A stretch of 64,000 nt of DNA, from assembly GCA_046546095.1 (NCBI GenBank), contig JBKGYK010000002.1:2975-66974 (forward strand), given 5' to 3'. The notes below the pieces were generated by a model. It saw only the letters and a list, made by a program, of their open reading frames with translations, was not told where the DNA came from and did no database searches. This document shows, one piece after another, positions 1 to 9,500 of this stretch. The stretch is from Bacteroidales bacterium (GTDB lineage: Bacteria; Bacteroidota; Bacteroidia; Bacteroidales; ML635J-15). Every line of letters starts with the position of its first letter. Positions within the stretch are counted from its first letter, which is position 1. The position numbers and the translations under genes were made by a program.

Positions 1-1
1 A

Positions 2-1078
2 AGTGCTTCTATTAAAAATCCTTTTGTCATCCCCGGATTGAAAAAAATGCATGTTGACCCTCAATTGAATGCTGAAAACTCATTTGAAAACTTTATTGAG
101 GGTGATTGTAACCGGCTGGCGCGATCTGCCGGATATGCCGTAGCAGAGAAACCGGGAGGAACAGCTTTTAATCCATTGTTTATATATGGTTCTCCAGGAC
201 TCGGAAAAACGCATCTGGCGCAGGCAATCGGAATCGAAGTCAAAAACCGGTTTCCGGAGAAAACCGTTCTCTATGTGGATGCCAATAAATTTCAGACCCA
301 GTACGCAGAGGCATCACGAAATAACAACCGAAACGATTTCGTGCATTTTTACCAGATGATTGATGTACTCATTGTTGACGATGTACACTATTTTGCGAAA
401 AAAGAAGGAACGCAGGATGTGTTTTTCCACATCTTCAATCACTTGCATCAGCTTGGTAAACAACTCGTGCTGACATCCGACAAACCGCCCGTGGAACTTA
501 GCGGACTGGATGAAAGACTCCTGAGTCGTTTTAAGTGGGGACTCTCAGCCGACCTGCAGGAACCGGATTTTAAAACCAGGATTTCAATCCTCAAAAATAA
601 ATCCTATCAGGACGGTATTAGTATCTCTGATGAAGTGCTCGAATACATTGCTTCCCATATTTCTGAAAGCATCAGAGAACTGGAAGGCGCTCTGATTTCA
701 CTGCTTGCCCAATCTACCCTGAATAGAAAGGAAATTACACTGGACCTGGCCAAAACCATGATTGATAAACTGGTGAAAAATACCAGAAGGGAAGTGTCCA
801 TTGATTATATCCAGAAAATAGTCTGCAATTATTTTGGCATGTCCGTAGATAAACTCAACTCTAAAACCCGAAAAAGGGAAGTTGTGCAGGCCAGGCAAAT
901 CGCTATGTACTTTGCCAAAAATATGACAAAATCATCCCTGGCATCTATCGGCTCCAGCATTGGAGGAAAAGACCATGCAACAGTCCTTCATGCATGTAAA
1001 ACCGTCAACAACCTGATTGATACCGATAAACGATTCAAAGTTTATATCGACGATATTGATAAAAAACTGAAAATGTAA
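2..1078 (+). CDS. dnaA: Chromosomal replication initiator DnaA (5' end lies upstream of the window)
   Basis: The frame is open from the window edge (..NPFVIPGLKKMHVDPQLN..). It shows Walker A GSPGLGKTHL, Walker B LIVDDVHYF and a C-terminal DNA-binding region (REVVQARQIAMYF..GGKDHATVLHA). Confidence 0.95.
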   Translation, partial: SASIKNPFVIPGLKKMHVDPQLNAENSFENFIEGDCNRLARSAGYAVAEKPGGTAFNPLFIYGSPGLGKTHLAQAIGIEVKNRFPEKTVLYVDANKFQTQYAEASRNNNRNDFVHFYQMIDVLIVDDVHYFAKKEGTQDVFFHIFNHLHQLGKQLVLTSDKPPVELSGLDERLLSRFKWGLSADLQEPDFKTRISILKNKSYQDGISISDEVLEYIASHISESIRELEGALISLLAQSTLNRKEITLDLAKTMIDKLVKNTRREVSIDYIQKIVCNYFGMSVDKLNSKTRKREVVQARQIAMYFAKNMTKSSLASIGSSIGGKDHATVLHACKTVNNLIDTDKRFKVYIDDIDKKLKM

Positions 1079-1096
1079 ATCTTACCATCGGAATAT

Positions 1097-1127
1097 GCTG
1101 CAGTCATTGATTGCGGCTTTTTTTTTC
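1097..1127 (+). terminator. Rho-independent terminator after dnaA
   Basis: Stem gctgcag/ttgcggc (with G.U pairs) and loop tcattga, followed by a 10-nt T run. Confidence 0.6.
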
Positions 1128-1235
1128 TTACAAAATTACACTTTACTCTATGACCTGCATATGTGAAAAACAAGCTGTTGAATGCCGCAGTGCCTACACA
1201 TTTTTTATATCTTAGCACCGTAAAATTTCTGAACT

Positions 1236-2102
1236 ATGATCTGGGTGTTACTGACAATACTTTCTGCAACAGGAATTTTTGTTTTCTTTAAGTTGCTGGA
1301 CAAATATAAACTCCCCAACCTGAATGCCATTGTTATCAATTACTTTGTTGCAGGACTTATTGGTATTGCTATAAGCCCCAACAGAGAGAGCATGCTCAAT
1401 GTGTTCAATGAAGACTGGGCATTCCTGGCCATCCTGATTGGTGTATTGTTTATCCTCATGTTTTTTGTGATAGGATATTCCTCCATTCACAGTGGTATGT
1501 CTATCACTACATTGGCAAGTAAAATGTCCGTGGTTATTCCCATCCTTTTTTCCATCATATATTATCATGAGGATTTATCTGCCATAAAAGTTGTCGGGAT
1601 GATTCTGGCACTCATTGGTCTGGTGATGGCTGTGTACAAAAAAAGGAAGAACGGCAGACTGAGCAAACAATTCTGGATACCACTGCTGCTCTTTGCAGGT
1701 ATGGGCATTGTAGATTCACTGGTAAAATATGCCCAGGCTGCTCATGTGAATGATGAAATATCCTCCATGTTCACCGCCCTGCTTTTTAGCATCTCTTTTA
1801 TTGCCGGCATGGTAATCATGTTGTTCCGCCGGGAATATTTTGTATATTTTAAAAGTGGCCGCCTGCTCTTACTGGGGACAGGACTTGGCGCCGTGAATTA
1901 CGGATCAATCTATTTTCTCATCCGCGCTCTGAATTCAGATGTTTTTGATAGCTCCGTGATTTTTGGAATCAACAATATCGGCATTGTAAGCTTGTCAGCA
2001 TTTATCGGATATGTGTTTTTTCGCGAGCGTCTTAGTAAACTCAACTGGACCGGCCTGGTAACATGCCTGATAGCCATTGCCATATTGTACATTACAAAAT
2101 AA
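1236..2102 (+). CDS. Polytopic inner-membrane permease, DMT/EamA-like
   Basis: A 288-aa protein with about 10 hydrophobic segments in a two-halves arrangement typical of drug/metabolite transporters. No catalytic motifs were seen. Confidence 0.5.
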   Translation: MIWVLLTILSATGIFVFFKLLDKYKLPNLNAIVINYFVAGLIGIAISPNRESMLNVFNEDWAFLAILIGVLFILMFFVIGYSSIHSGMSITTLASKMSVVIPILFSIIYYHEDLSAIKVVGMILALIGLVMAVYKKRKNGRLSKQFWIPLLLFAGMGIVDSLVKYAQAAHVNDEISSMFTALLFSISFIAGMVIMLFRREYFVYFKSGRLLLLGTGLGAVNYGSIYFLIRALNSDVFDSSVIFGINNIGIVSLSAFIGYVFFRERLSKLNWTGLVTCLIAIAILYITK

Positions 2103-2106
2103 CCAT

Positions 2107-2718
2107 ATGACAGAATTGTCAGATACATACAAAAGTATCAAGGCTCCTTCTGAAGGTTTCTTCAAAGACAGAGGCAGTAAGTTTTATGCCTTTGCTTTTC
2201 CGGTAAGCTCAGAAGAGGAAGTGAAAGAGCATCAGGACAGTTTGCGCAAATCTCATCACGATGCCCGTCACCATGTATATGCCTTTCTACTGGGTGCTGA
2301 TGAGTCTGTTTTTCGGGCCAGCGATGACGGTGAACCTGCTCATTCTTCCGGTGACCCTGTGCTCGGGCAAATAAGATCTTACGGCCTTACCAATATTCTG
2401 ATTGTGGTGATAAGGTATTTTGGCGGGACAAAACTTGGCATTCCCGGCCTGATCAATGCATACAAAACTGCTGCAGCAATGGCTCTGGAAAATGCCGACA
2501 TTGTGGAGCATGTGAGAAGAAAATATTTCCGCATAAAATTTGATTATCCACTAATGGACCAGATAAACCGGCTGATCAGGGAAGAAAATCTGAAAGTCAG
2601 CGACCGCATATTTGAAATGGATTGTGAAATGGAACTGGGAGTGAGGCTGAGGGATGTGGACAGAATTTCCCAAAGACTAAAACAAGCTCCTGAAGTTAAA
2701 ATACTCAATATTAAATGA
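2107..2718 (+). CDS. YigZ / IMPACT-family protein (UPF0029)
   Basis: Family motifs are visible: KGSKFYAFAFPV, HHVYAF, DDGEPAHSSG and VVIRYFGGTKLG. I chose ATG 2107 because the 2077 start overlaps the upstream gene. Confidence 0.8.
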   Translation: MTELSDTYKSIKAPSEGFFKDRGSKFYAFAFPVSSEEEVKEHQDSLRKSHHDARHHVYAFLLGADESVFRASDDGEPAHSSGDPVLGQIRSYGLTNILIVVIRYFGGTKLGIPGLINAYKTAAAMALENADIVEHVRRKYFRIKFDYPLMDQINRLIREENLKVSDRIFEMDCEMELGVRLRDVDRISQRLKQAPEVKILNIK

Positions 2719-3269
2719 AAAAACACCTCGCCAGGTTCATACTGAAAGTCGCAGGATGGAAAATAGCTGACAGTTTTCCCGACGCACCTAAAGCTGTTTG
2801 TGTTATGGCTCCTCATACCAGTATGTGGGATTTTGTTTGGGGTAAATTGTTTTTCATGAGTATTGGGATAAAACCAAAATTCCTGATCAAAGCCGAAGCA
2901 TTTAAGGGGATAGGCGGATATTTTCTTAAAGCAATGGGTGGAATCCCGGTCAATAGAAAAAATCCCGCCGGGCTGGTGCCGGATATTCTGGACCGGTTGA
3001 AAAAGCAGGATGAGTTTATATTGGTGATAACTCCGGAAGGAACACGGAAAAAAGTTGATGTCTGGAAAACCGGAGCAATCAGAATTGCCAGGGCTGCAAA
3101 AATACCCCTGATTGCCGGTCGAATGGATTACGGGAAAAAAGAACTGGGCCTGGCTGCCGTTTATTGGCAGGTGCCTGATGATCCCGGATTTATCAACAGG
3201 TTGAAACTGGATTTTGCTAAAATTAAAGGTAAACATCCTGAAAAATTTAATCCTTATGCCAAACAATGA
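2715..3269 (+). CDS. Lysophospholipid (1-acyl-glycerol-3-phosphate type) acyltransferase family protein
   Basis: HX4D motif (HTSMWD) and ITPEGTR motif are present. An ATGA start/stop overlap with the upstream gene suggests translational coupling. Confidence 0.8.
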   Translation: MKKHLARFILKVAGWKIADSFPDAPKAVCVMAPHTSMWDFVWGKLFFMSIGIKPKFLIKAEAFKGIGGYFLKAMGGIPVNRKNPAGLVPDILDRLKKQDEFILVITPEGTRKKVDVWKTGAIRIARAAKIPLIAGRMDYGKKELGLAAVYWQVPDDPGFINRLKLDFAKIKGKHPEKFNPYAKQ

Positions 3270-4032
3270 TTTAAAACTTGGTCTTTTACAAACAGACCTG
3301 GCCTGGGAAAACCCGCAAGCCAATATTGAAAAACTTGTGGACTCTATGGATATCCTCTCAGGTGCTGATCTCATCATTTGTCCGGAAATGTTTACAACAG
3401 GTTTCAGTATGCAGCCGGAAAAGTATGCCGAACCACATCAGGGAGATAGTTACAAACAGATAGCAGATATGGCATCCAAAGTAGATGCTGCCATCGTATT
3501 TTCAATGATGGTGAAAGAGTCAGGAAAATATTTTAACCGTTTGTATTTTGTCTTTCCCGATGGCTCCTCTGCAATGTACGACAAAAAGCATTTGTTTACC
3601 ATGGGGGAGGAACACCTGCATTATTCGGCAGGCAGTAAACGGCTGTATGTTGATTACAAAGGCTGGAGAATCATGCCTTTGGTTTGTTATGATCTGAGGT
3701 TTCCTGTATGGAGTAGAAATACCGGCAATTATGACTTATTGCTCTATAATGCAAACTGGCCGGGAGTACGAGCGGATGTGTGGAAAACACTCCTGAAGGC
3801 GAGGGCCATCGAAAATCAGGCATGGGTGGCCGGTGTAAACCGCATAGGTGTGGATGGACGCAATCTTCATTATACCGGAGACTCCAGAGTTCTGGATGCA
3901 AAAGGCAGGCTCCTGCTTGATATGAAAGATGGGGAAAAAGCAGAAATAGTTACCATTGCTAAACAGCCGCTGATGGAATTCAGGGAAAAATTCCCTGTAC
4001 TCAATGATATGGATAAGTTCAGATTACTTTAA
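3256..4032 (+). CDS. Carbon-nitrogen hydrolase (nitrilase superfamily), omega-amidase/YafV-like
   Basis: The catalytic Cys context VCYDLRFPVW matches, along with ICPEMFTTGF (Glu) and the overall YafV-like layout. The start was trimmed to ATG 3256 (MPNNDLKLGLLQ). Confidence 0.85.
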   Translation: MPNNDLKLGLLQTDLAWENPQANIEKLVDSMDILSGADLIICPEMFTTGFSMQPEKYAEPHQGDSYKQIADMASKVDAAIVFSMMVKESGKYFNRLYFVFPDGSSAMYDKKHLFTMGEEHLHYSAGSKRLYVDYKGWRIMPLVCYDLRFPVWSRNTGNYDLLLYNANWPGVRADVWKTLLKARAIENQAWVAGVNRIGVDGRNLHYTGDSRVLDAKGRLLLDMKDGEKAEIVTIAKQPLMEFREKFPVLNDMDKFRLL

Positions 4033-4075
4033 ATTGCCGGAAAACAGGTATCTCTGTTTCAATGGCTTCCAGATT

Positions 4076-5839
4076 TCAATCTTTAATTTTGTGAGATAAA
4101 TGCTTCCTGATTATTTTGTACAGTTCTTTGGAGCTAAGGGGTTTTGTTAGAAAATCATCAAAGCCTTTTTCAAGAAGACTGATTTTGTCGTCTGCTGTGT
4201 TAAATGCAGCATGAGCAATAACAACAAATTGTTGATCCATTTCCCGGATTGCTTGTAAAGCTGAAACCTTGTCTTCATTTTTATCTGATATACTCAGAAA
4301 AATCAGGTCCGTATTTTTGGCATGAATGTGTAATTTGTCTTTTAATTCATTCTCATTTCCGGCAATCAGAATTTCCAGGTTTTCTGTTTTTAACATGGAG
4401 GTGAAATAGGCCAGATTATTTGCATCATCTTCTGCCAGAAGGATACAGGCAGGCGCTTTGAAAAATGGTTTGCCTTTTTCTGTAGGTTTGTGATTGTTTT
4501 GCTGTTCGTCTTGCTTGCGCGGAAGACTGAATTTAAAGATACTGCCTTGTGGAGAGTTGTTTTCTATCCATATTGTTCCACCCAACAGGCTCACAAGATT
4601 TTTAGCAATGGACAAACCTATGCCGGCACCTCCGAATGATCGGGTATGTGTATACTCCACTTGCCTGAAGGCATCGAAAACAAGATTATGATACTTGTCT
4701 TCAATGCCGATGCCTGTATCTTTGACAAAAAAGACCAGTTTATCATCACAAATCTCATAACCAAAATCAATCCTACCCTCTTTGGTGTATTTAATGGCAT
4801 TATCCAGCAATAATGCAATTATCTGCCGCATGCGGAAGTGATCTGTTTTGATCACAGGATCTTTATCAGTTGCTACATGTAGCCTGAGATCAAGCTTATT
4901 GGCTTCAGCCCTTGGTTTGAAGCGGGCTTCAACATTACGCAGACTGTCATTTACGCCCGTTGTCACCGGTGCCAGTTCTATCTGGCCTGTCTGGATTTTT
5001 GATACATCCAGTACGTTATTGATAATGGTGAGCAACTGTCGCGTACTCTGTATCACAATATCTGCATATTCAGCTTTTTCCTGCTTACTGGTTTTTTCCT
5101 GTAGCATCATTTCTGTAAATCCGATGATACCATTCATCGGGGTCCTGATCTCATGACTCAGGTTGGATAAAAAGGCAGTTTTGAGCATATCACTTTCCTC
5201 TGCCTTGATTTTTGATTTCGTAAGTTCCTCCTGTTCCTGCCGGAGTTTTTTGTTTTTGGCTCTGATTAAGGCCGTATTCTGTCGTTGACTGTTGATGCCC
5301 ACCAATGCCAGAATGCCTGTGGCTCCCAGAAAAAAATTATTTCCCAGCCAAAAGGCAAACTCATCGCTATCCGTATTGCTGAGATTTAATTCATGGGCAA
5401 AAATGGCAATTGCGTTGTACAGTATGATAGAGGACAGGAAAAAAAAGGTGCTGGATAACATCCCAAATCTGAAAATAAAACCGGCCCACAGGATGATAAG
5501 CACCAATCCGGCATAATACCCTAAATAGGCAGGCTCATTCTGCTCTGCAATATATATCATGCCCAGTATTCCCAGCTCGGCCAAAAACAACAAAACAATC
5601 ATCAAAGGCCTGGCATACAGATGAAAATGCTTTTGGTAGGTCAACAACAAAGAAAAGACAATACCCGGTGCCACCAAAACAAACCTGATGAACCAGAGCT
5701 GCCGGTAATGATCAGGCGCCATAAACGGATCAATGATGCCGAATAAACTGTATATGATGACTCCCGCAAATAAGCCAACCCTCAGTGCTTTTAAACTGAT
5801 TTCACCGTTTTCTCCCAGATAAGGAATCGGATGGCGCAT
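4076..5839 (-). CDS. Membrane-bound hybrid sensor histidine kinase with a degenerate C-terminal receiver
   Basis: The N-terminal region has about 6 TM segments. It is followed by a coiled coil, H-box FLSNLSHEIRTPMNGI, N-box LLDNAIKYT and G-boxes DTGIGI/GGAGIGLSI, then a REC-like tail (ILLAEDD..TKPL). Confidence 0.85.
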   Translation of the reverse strand: MRHPIPYLGENGEISLKALRVGLFAGVIIYSLFGIIDPFMAPDHYRQLWFIRFVLVAPGIVFSLLLTYQKHFHLYARPLMIVLLFLAELGILGMIYIAEQNEPAYLGYYAGLVLIILWAGFIFRFGMLSSTFFFLSSIILYNAIAIFAHELNLSNTDSDEFAFWLGNNFFLGATGILALVGINSQRQNTALIRAKNKKLRQEQEELTKSKIKAEESDMLKTAFLSNLSHEIRTPMNGIIGFTEMMLQEKTSKQEKAEYADIVIQSTRQLLTIINNVLDVSKIQTGQIELAPVTTGVNDSLRNVEARFKPRAEANKLDLRLHVATDKDPVIKTDHFRMRQIIALLLDNAIKYTKEGRIDFGYEICDDKLVFFVKDTGIGIEDKYHNLVFDAFRQVEYTHTRSFGGAGIGLSIAKNLVSLLGGTIWIENNSPQGSIFKFSLPRKQDEQQNNHKPTEKGKPFFKAPACILLAEDDANNLAYFTSMLKTENLEILIAGNENELKDKLHIHAKNTDLIFLSISDKNEDKVSALQAIREMDQQFVVIAHAAFNTADDKISLLEKGFDDFLTKPLSSKELYKIIRKHLSHKIKD

Positions 5840-5871
5840 AGGCGGAATGTTTTTTCCTGACTTATTCCCTT

Positions 5872-6252
5872 TTAAAATGGCAAATCATCTTCTTCTCCGG
5901 ATTTGTCATCTGAAAAAATGTCTTCAGGGATATCATCCTTGCCGGGTAGTGGTGCATTGTCTACAGGTGGAGCAGCCTGCTGACCATCTTCTTGTTTGTT
6001 TATTTTCCACATTTTGACATCGGTAAACCACCGCCCTTTAAATTCCCGGCTCTCAATATTGATGAATGCCGTTACTTTTTCCCCGGGCTTTAGATTTGAA
6101 ATATCTGCCTTGTCATTCCAGTTAAGCAGACAAACTGATTTGGGAAACTGATCTTCTGTTTCAATGATAACTTCCTGTTTCTTCCATTGCCCGCGGGCTG
6201 ATTCTCCGGTGATTGGTTCGTTGATTTGCAGTATCTTCCCTGTGATTTCCAT
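5872..6252 (-). CDS. DUF3127-family OB-fold-like protein with an acidic SSB-like C-terminal tip
   Basis: MEITGKILQINEPITGES..WKKQEVIIET..SREFKGRWFTDVKMWKI is typical of DUF3127, and the tail ends EEDDLPF. The track's 212-aa N-terminal extension is AT-rich junk, so the start was trimmed to ATG 6252. Confidence 0.8.
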   Translation of the reverse strand: MEITGKILQINEPITGESARGQWKKQEVIIETEDQFPKSVCLLNWNDKADISNLKPGEKVTAFINIESREFKGRWFTDVKMWKINKQEDGQQAAPPVDNAPLPGKDDIPEDIFSDDKSGEEDDLPF

Positions 6253-6492
6253 AATAAATTGATGTTTTTGAAGTATTATTAAACGATAAATGTAAGATTT
6301 TTTGTTAAAATTATGAAATATTATTGCAAAATATCTTCCTTGCCAAAAGGTCTGTCCAATCTTTCTTATGTATGCATTTTGAGAATTGAATCCGTAGGCT
6401 TCTTTTTGATTCTTTGTATTGACAGATTCTAAGGTCTTTTTCGGGAAATTTCGTTGATTTTTTATTATCTTCAGGAAATATAAAGAAATTAT

Positions 6493-6522
6493 GGATTTTG
6501 ATGTATCCACGCATCAAAATCC
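6493..6522 (+). promoter_or_regulatory. Perfect 11-bp hairpin in the leader of the alpha-2-macroglobulin gene
   Basis: Arm ggattttgatg, loop tatccacg, arm catcaaaatcc. The hairpin ends 17 nt before ATG 6540. Confidence 0.4.
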
Positions 6523-6539
6523 AAACAAAAACAAATCAA

Positions 6540-9500
6540 ATGAAAAAGACACTTCTTTTTATCGGACTTTTAACTTTTGGCTTGCTCATCAGTGGTAAAG
6601 CCCAGGAAAATATGGATTATGATAAAGCCTGGGATAATCTGAAAAAGTATGAGCAAAAAGGGTTGCCTCAATCCGCCCTGAAAGTGGCAGACAGTATTTT
6701 CAGGGCAGCTGTCACCGAAAAGGATAATGAACAGGTCATGAAATCCATGATTTACCGGATCAAGCTGAGCAATTATTATCAGGAAGATCAGATAATTCAG
6801 GCCATTGAAAGTCTGCAGTCTGATAAGGATATGTATGAACCCGAAGTCCGGGCCTTTATGCATTTGCTTTCAGCCAGGCTTTATTCAATGTATTATAAGG
6901 TAAACAGATGGTCGGTGGATCGAAGAACCAGTACCGGGGAACATCGCGAAGATGACATCAAAACCTGGACACAACAGGATTTCTTTCAGCTTATTGATGA
7001 AGAACATCAATCTGTCCTGGCCTACAAAAAGCAGCTTGGCAAAATCCCCATCACAAAATATCCGGAATTGATTAAACAAGATGAATACAGTGAAAAAATA
7101 CAGCCTGCTTTGTATGATTTTTTCGCCCACGAAATAGCAGATTATTACAAGAGCCGTGCTGAAAATCAGAACCAGGGTATGTCGGTATTGAGTGATAGTA
7201 ATGTTTTTTTGCCTGCACGTTTATTCCTTGCAAGTGATTATACTTTAGACAGTACTGAAGCCGCAGAGAAAGCCATGGCTGTCCTGAAAGATCTGCTGGG
7301 ATACCGGGTCAGTGAAGATCATACGTACGCCAGGGTTTACACCGACCTGAAACGCCTCGAGATTGCAGCAAAGTATTATTCCGGAAAGGATGCAAAGGAT
7401 CAGCATTTTCATGCCTTGTCACGTTTGCACATGCAGTTTGAAAATTCACCGGTCATCAGTGAGATTGATATTTGCCTGGCAAAATGGTATTTCAATAAAG
7501 CGGAGGAAACCAAACATGTGTACGGAGAAAACAAAAAAGCAGGATTGTATGAGAAATGCAACGAAATTTGCAGACAGATTAAAAGCAACCATCCGGAAAC
7601 CAGGGCAGCAGGCCAGGCCATTCAACTTCAAAACAAAATAAAAAAATTGCACCTGAGTTTTACCGCTGAAAACAATGTGATTCCTGATCAGCCATTTCCT
7701 GTATTTGTGGAGTACAAAAATATGGATAAGCTGAATTATTCCATTATGAAAATAGATCCTGATGAATTCAGCAGTATTGTCAGAAAGCATTATGGAGAAA
7801 AACGCAGGGCTGAACTCCTGAAAAACGGTGAAATCATCCGCAATAAAAAACTTGAATTGCCTGGTAAGCCTGATTATGTGTCACATACCACCGAGTTTAT
7901 CAGTGATGCATTGCCAGGGGGGTTTTATGTGCTGTTCCTGTCCACACAGGAATTGGATAGCGAAAAAGAAAATTTTGTTGTGTATAAACCTTTGCAAGTA
8001 ACAAACATAGCATGGTACACCAGACAAATAAGCAGAGATGAAAGCCTTCAGCTCTTTGTTACAAACAGTAAAACAGGTATGCCAACAAAAGGCGCAAAAG
8101 TCAAAGCTTCTTATCGTACCTACAATTACAAAGCAGGCGACTATAAATATGAAAAGCTAAGCCAAACAAGAACCTCAGCAAAGGGAATGGCTGAATTTAA
8201 TCTGAAAAGAAGATCGCATTCTCTGGTTTTTGAAATTGATAACGGCAAGGAAATATTGCGTACAGATCCCCAATACCATTACATGTATTCAGGGCAAAAT
8301 GAAAAGTGGCGCGAAACAACCCGTTTTTTTACGGACAGGGCTGTATACAGACCCGGGCAAACCATACATGTGAAAGGAATATGCCTGCAACAAAAAGGGA
8401 AAAATTATGAAATTCTGGAAAACTATACAAGCTCGCTTTCATTTCTGGATCCCAATCATCAGAACATCACCACCAAAACCATAAAAACCAATGAGTTTGG
8501 TAGTTTTTCAGCTGAGCTTGTCATTCCGGAGGGTTTGTTGAACGGACGTCTGACCATAAAAACACCATCCGGTTCGCAATATGTGCAGCTTGAGGAGTAT
8601 AAACGTCCGGCTTTCGAAGTGGAAATGGATGACCCCGACGGCAACTATCTGCTTGGCAGGCGCGTTACCCTTGAGGGAAGTGCAGTCTCATATACAGGAG
8701 CAAAACTTTCCGGTGCAGATGTTAAGTACCGTGTTTACAGAGAACCTGTATTTCACAGTATGTGGCGGTTTGGATACCTGCCACAGCAGCGGGAACTAAT
8801 GACCCATGGCGAAACCCAATGCGATAAAAGCGGCAGTTTCGATCTCAGCTTTGTGCCCAGGGCAATTGCTGATTATCCTGTTGATCAGGATGTGAGCTAT
8901 CGTTTTACCCTGGAAGCAGAAGTCACAGACATTACCGGTGAAACGCAATCTGTCACACGTACGCTTGTGGTGGGGTACCGTACCCTGAAACTGAGTACCA
9001 GCCTGCCTTCATCGGTTGATCTGTCTCAGCTTGACAGCCTTACTGTCTCATCAACAAATCTGAATTCCCAAAGTGTTGAGACCAGTGGAACAATTGTGAT
9101 ATATGAGCTGCATCAGCCAGATAAGGTTCTGATTGAAAAAGACTGGGATGTTCCGGAATTTAGTATGGTTGATGAAGAGGAGTGGAGACATACATTACCA
9201 AATCACGAATATCGCGATGAAGGCCGTATAGAAAACTTTCCTGTAAAAGAAAAGCGGGCCGGCATACCATTCAATACTGCAAATAGCGAAACATACGCCC
9301 TGCCGTCTGCAGCAAATATTACGCCTGGTGCCTACAGAATTGAACTTCGTGCAACTGATGAATTTGGTATGCCGGTGGTCGACAAGCAATACATCCGGGT
9401 TTACGATAATTCAACATCCACTCCGGGTGTAAGTAAGGCACTGAATGTACATACAGAAAAATCGCAGTATTCTGTGGGCGAGGTGATTGATATTGATATC

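Noticed and set aside
1079-1235. Possible oriC immediately downstream of dnaA
   Set aside because: The gap is only 157 bp and is dominated by a terminator hairpin. There is no cluster of TTATCCACA-type boxes (the best match is TTTTTCACA) and no obvious AT-rich unwinding element. The origin, if dnaA-linked, is more likely upstream of the window.
2544-3377. 277-aa minus-strand ORF
   Set aside because: It is antisense to three well-supported plus-strand genes (YigZ, the acyltransferase and the amidohydrolase). It has a Ser/Phe/Cys-rich composition and no motifs.
5872-6510. Long 212-aa version of the DUF3127 ORF, and the 781-aa version of the synthetase ORF (18203-20548)
   Set aside because: The N-terminal extensions run through AT-rich promoter DNA and give Ile/Lys/Phe/Asn-rich sequence. 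The family-typical N-termini (MEITGK.., MINEQLLKPKSIVVVGG) begin at internal ATGs.
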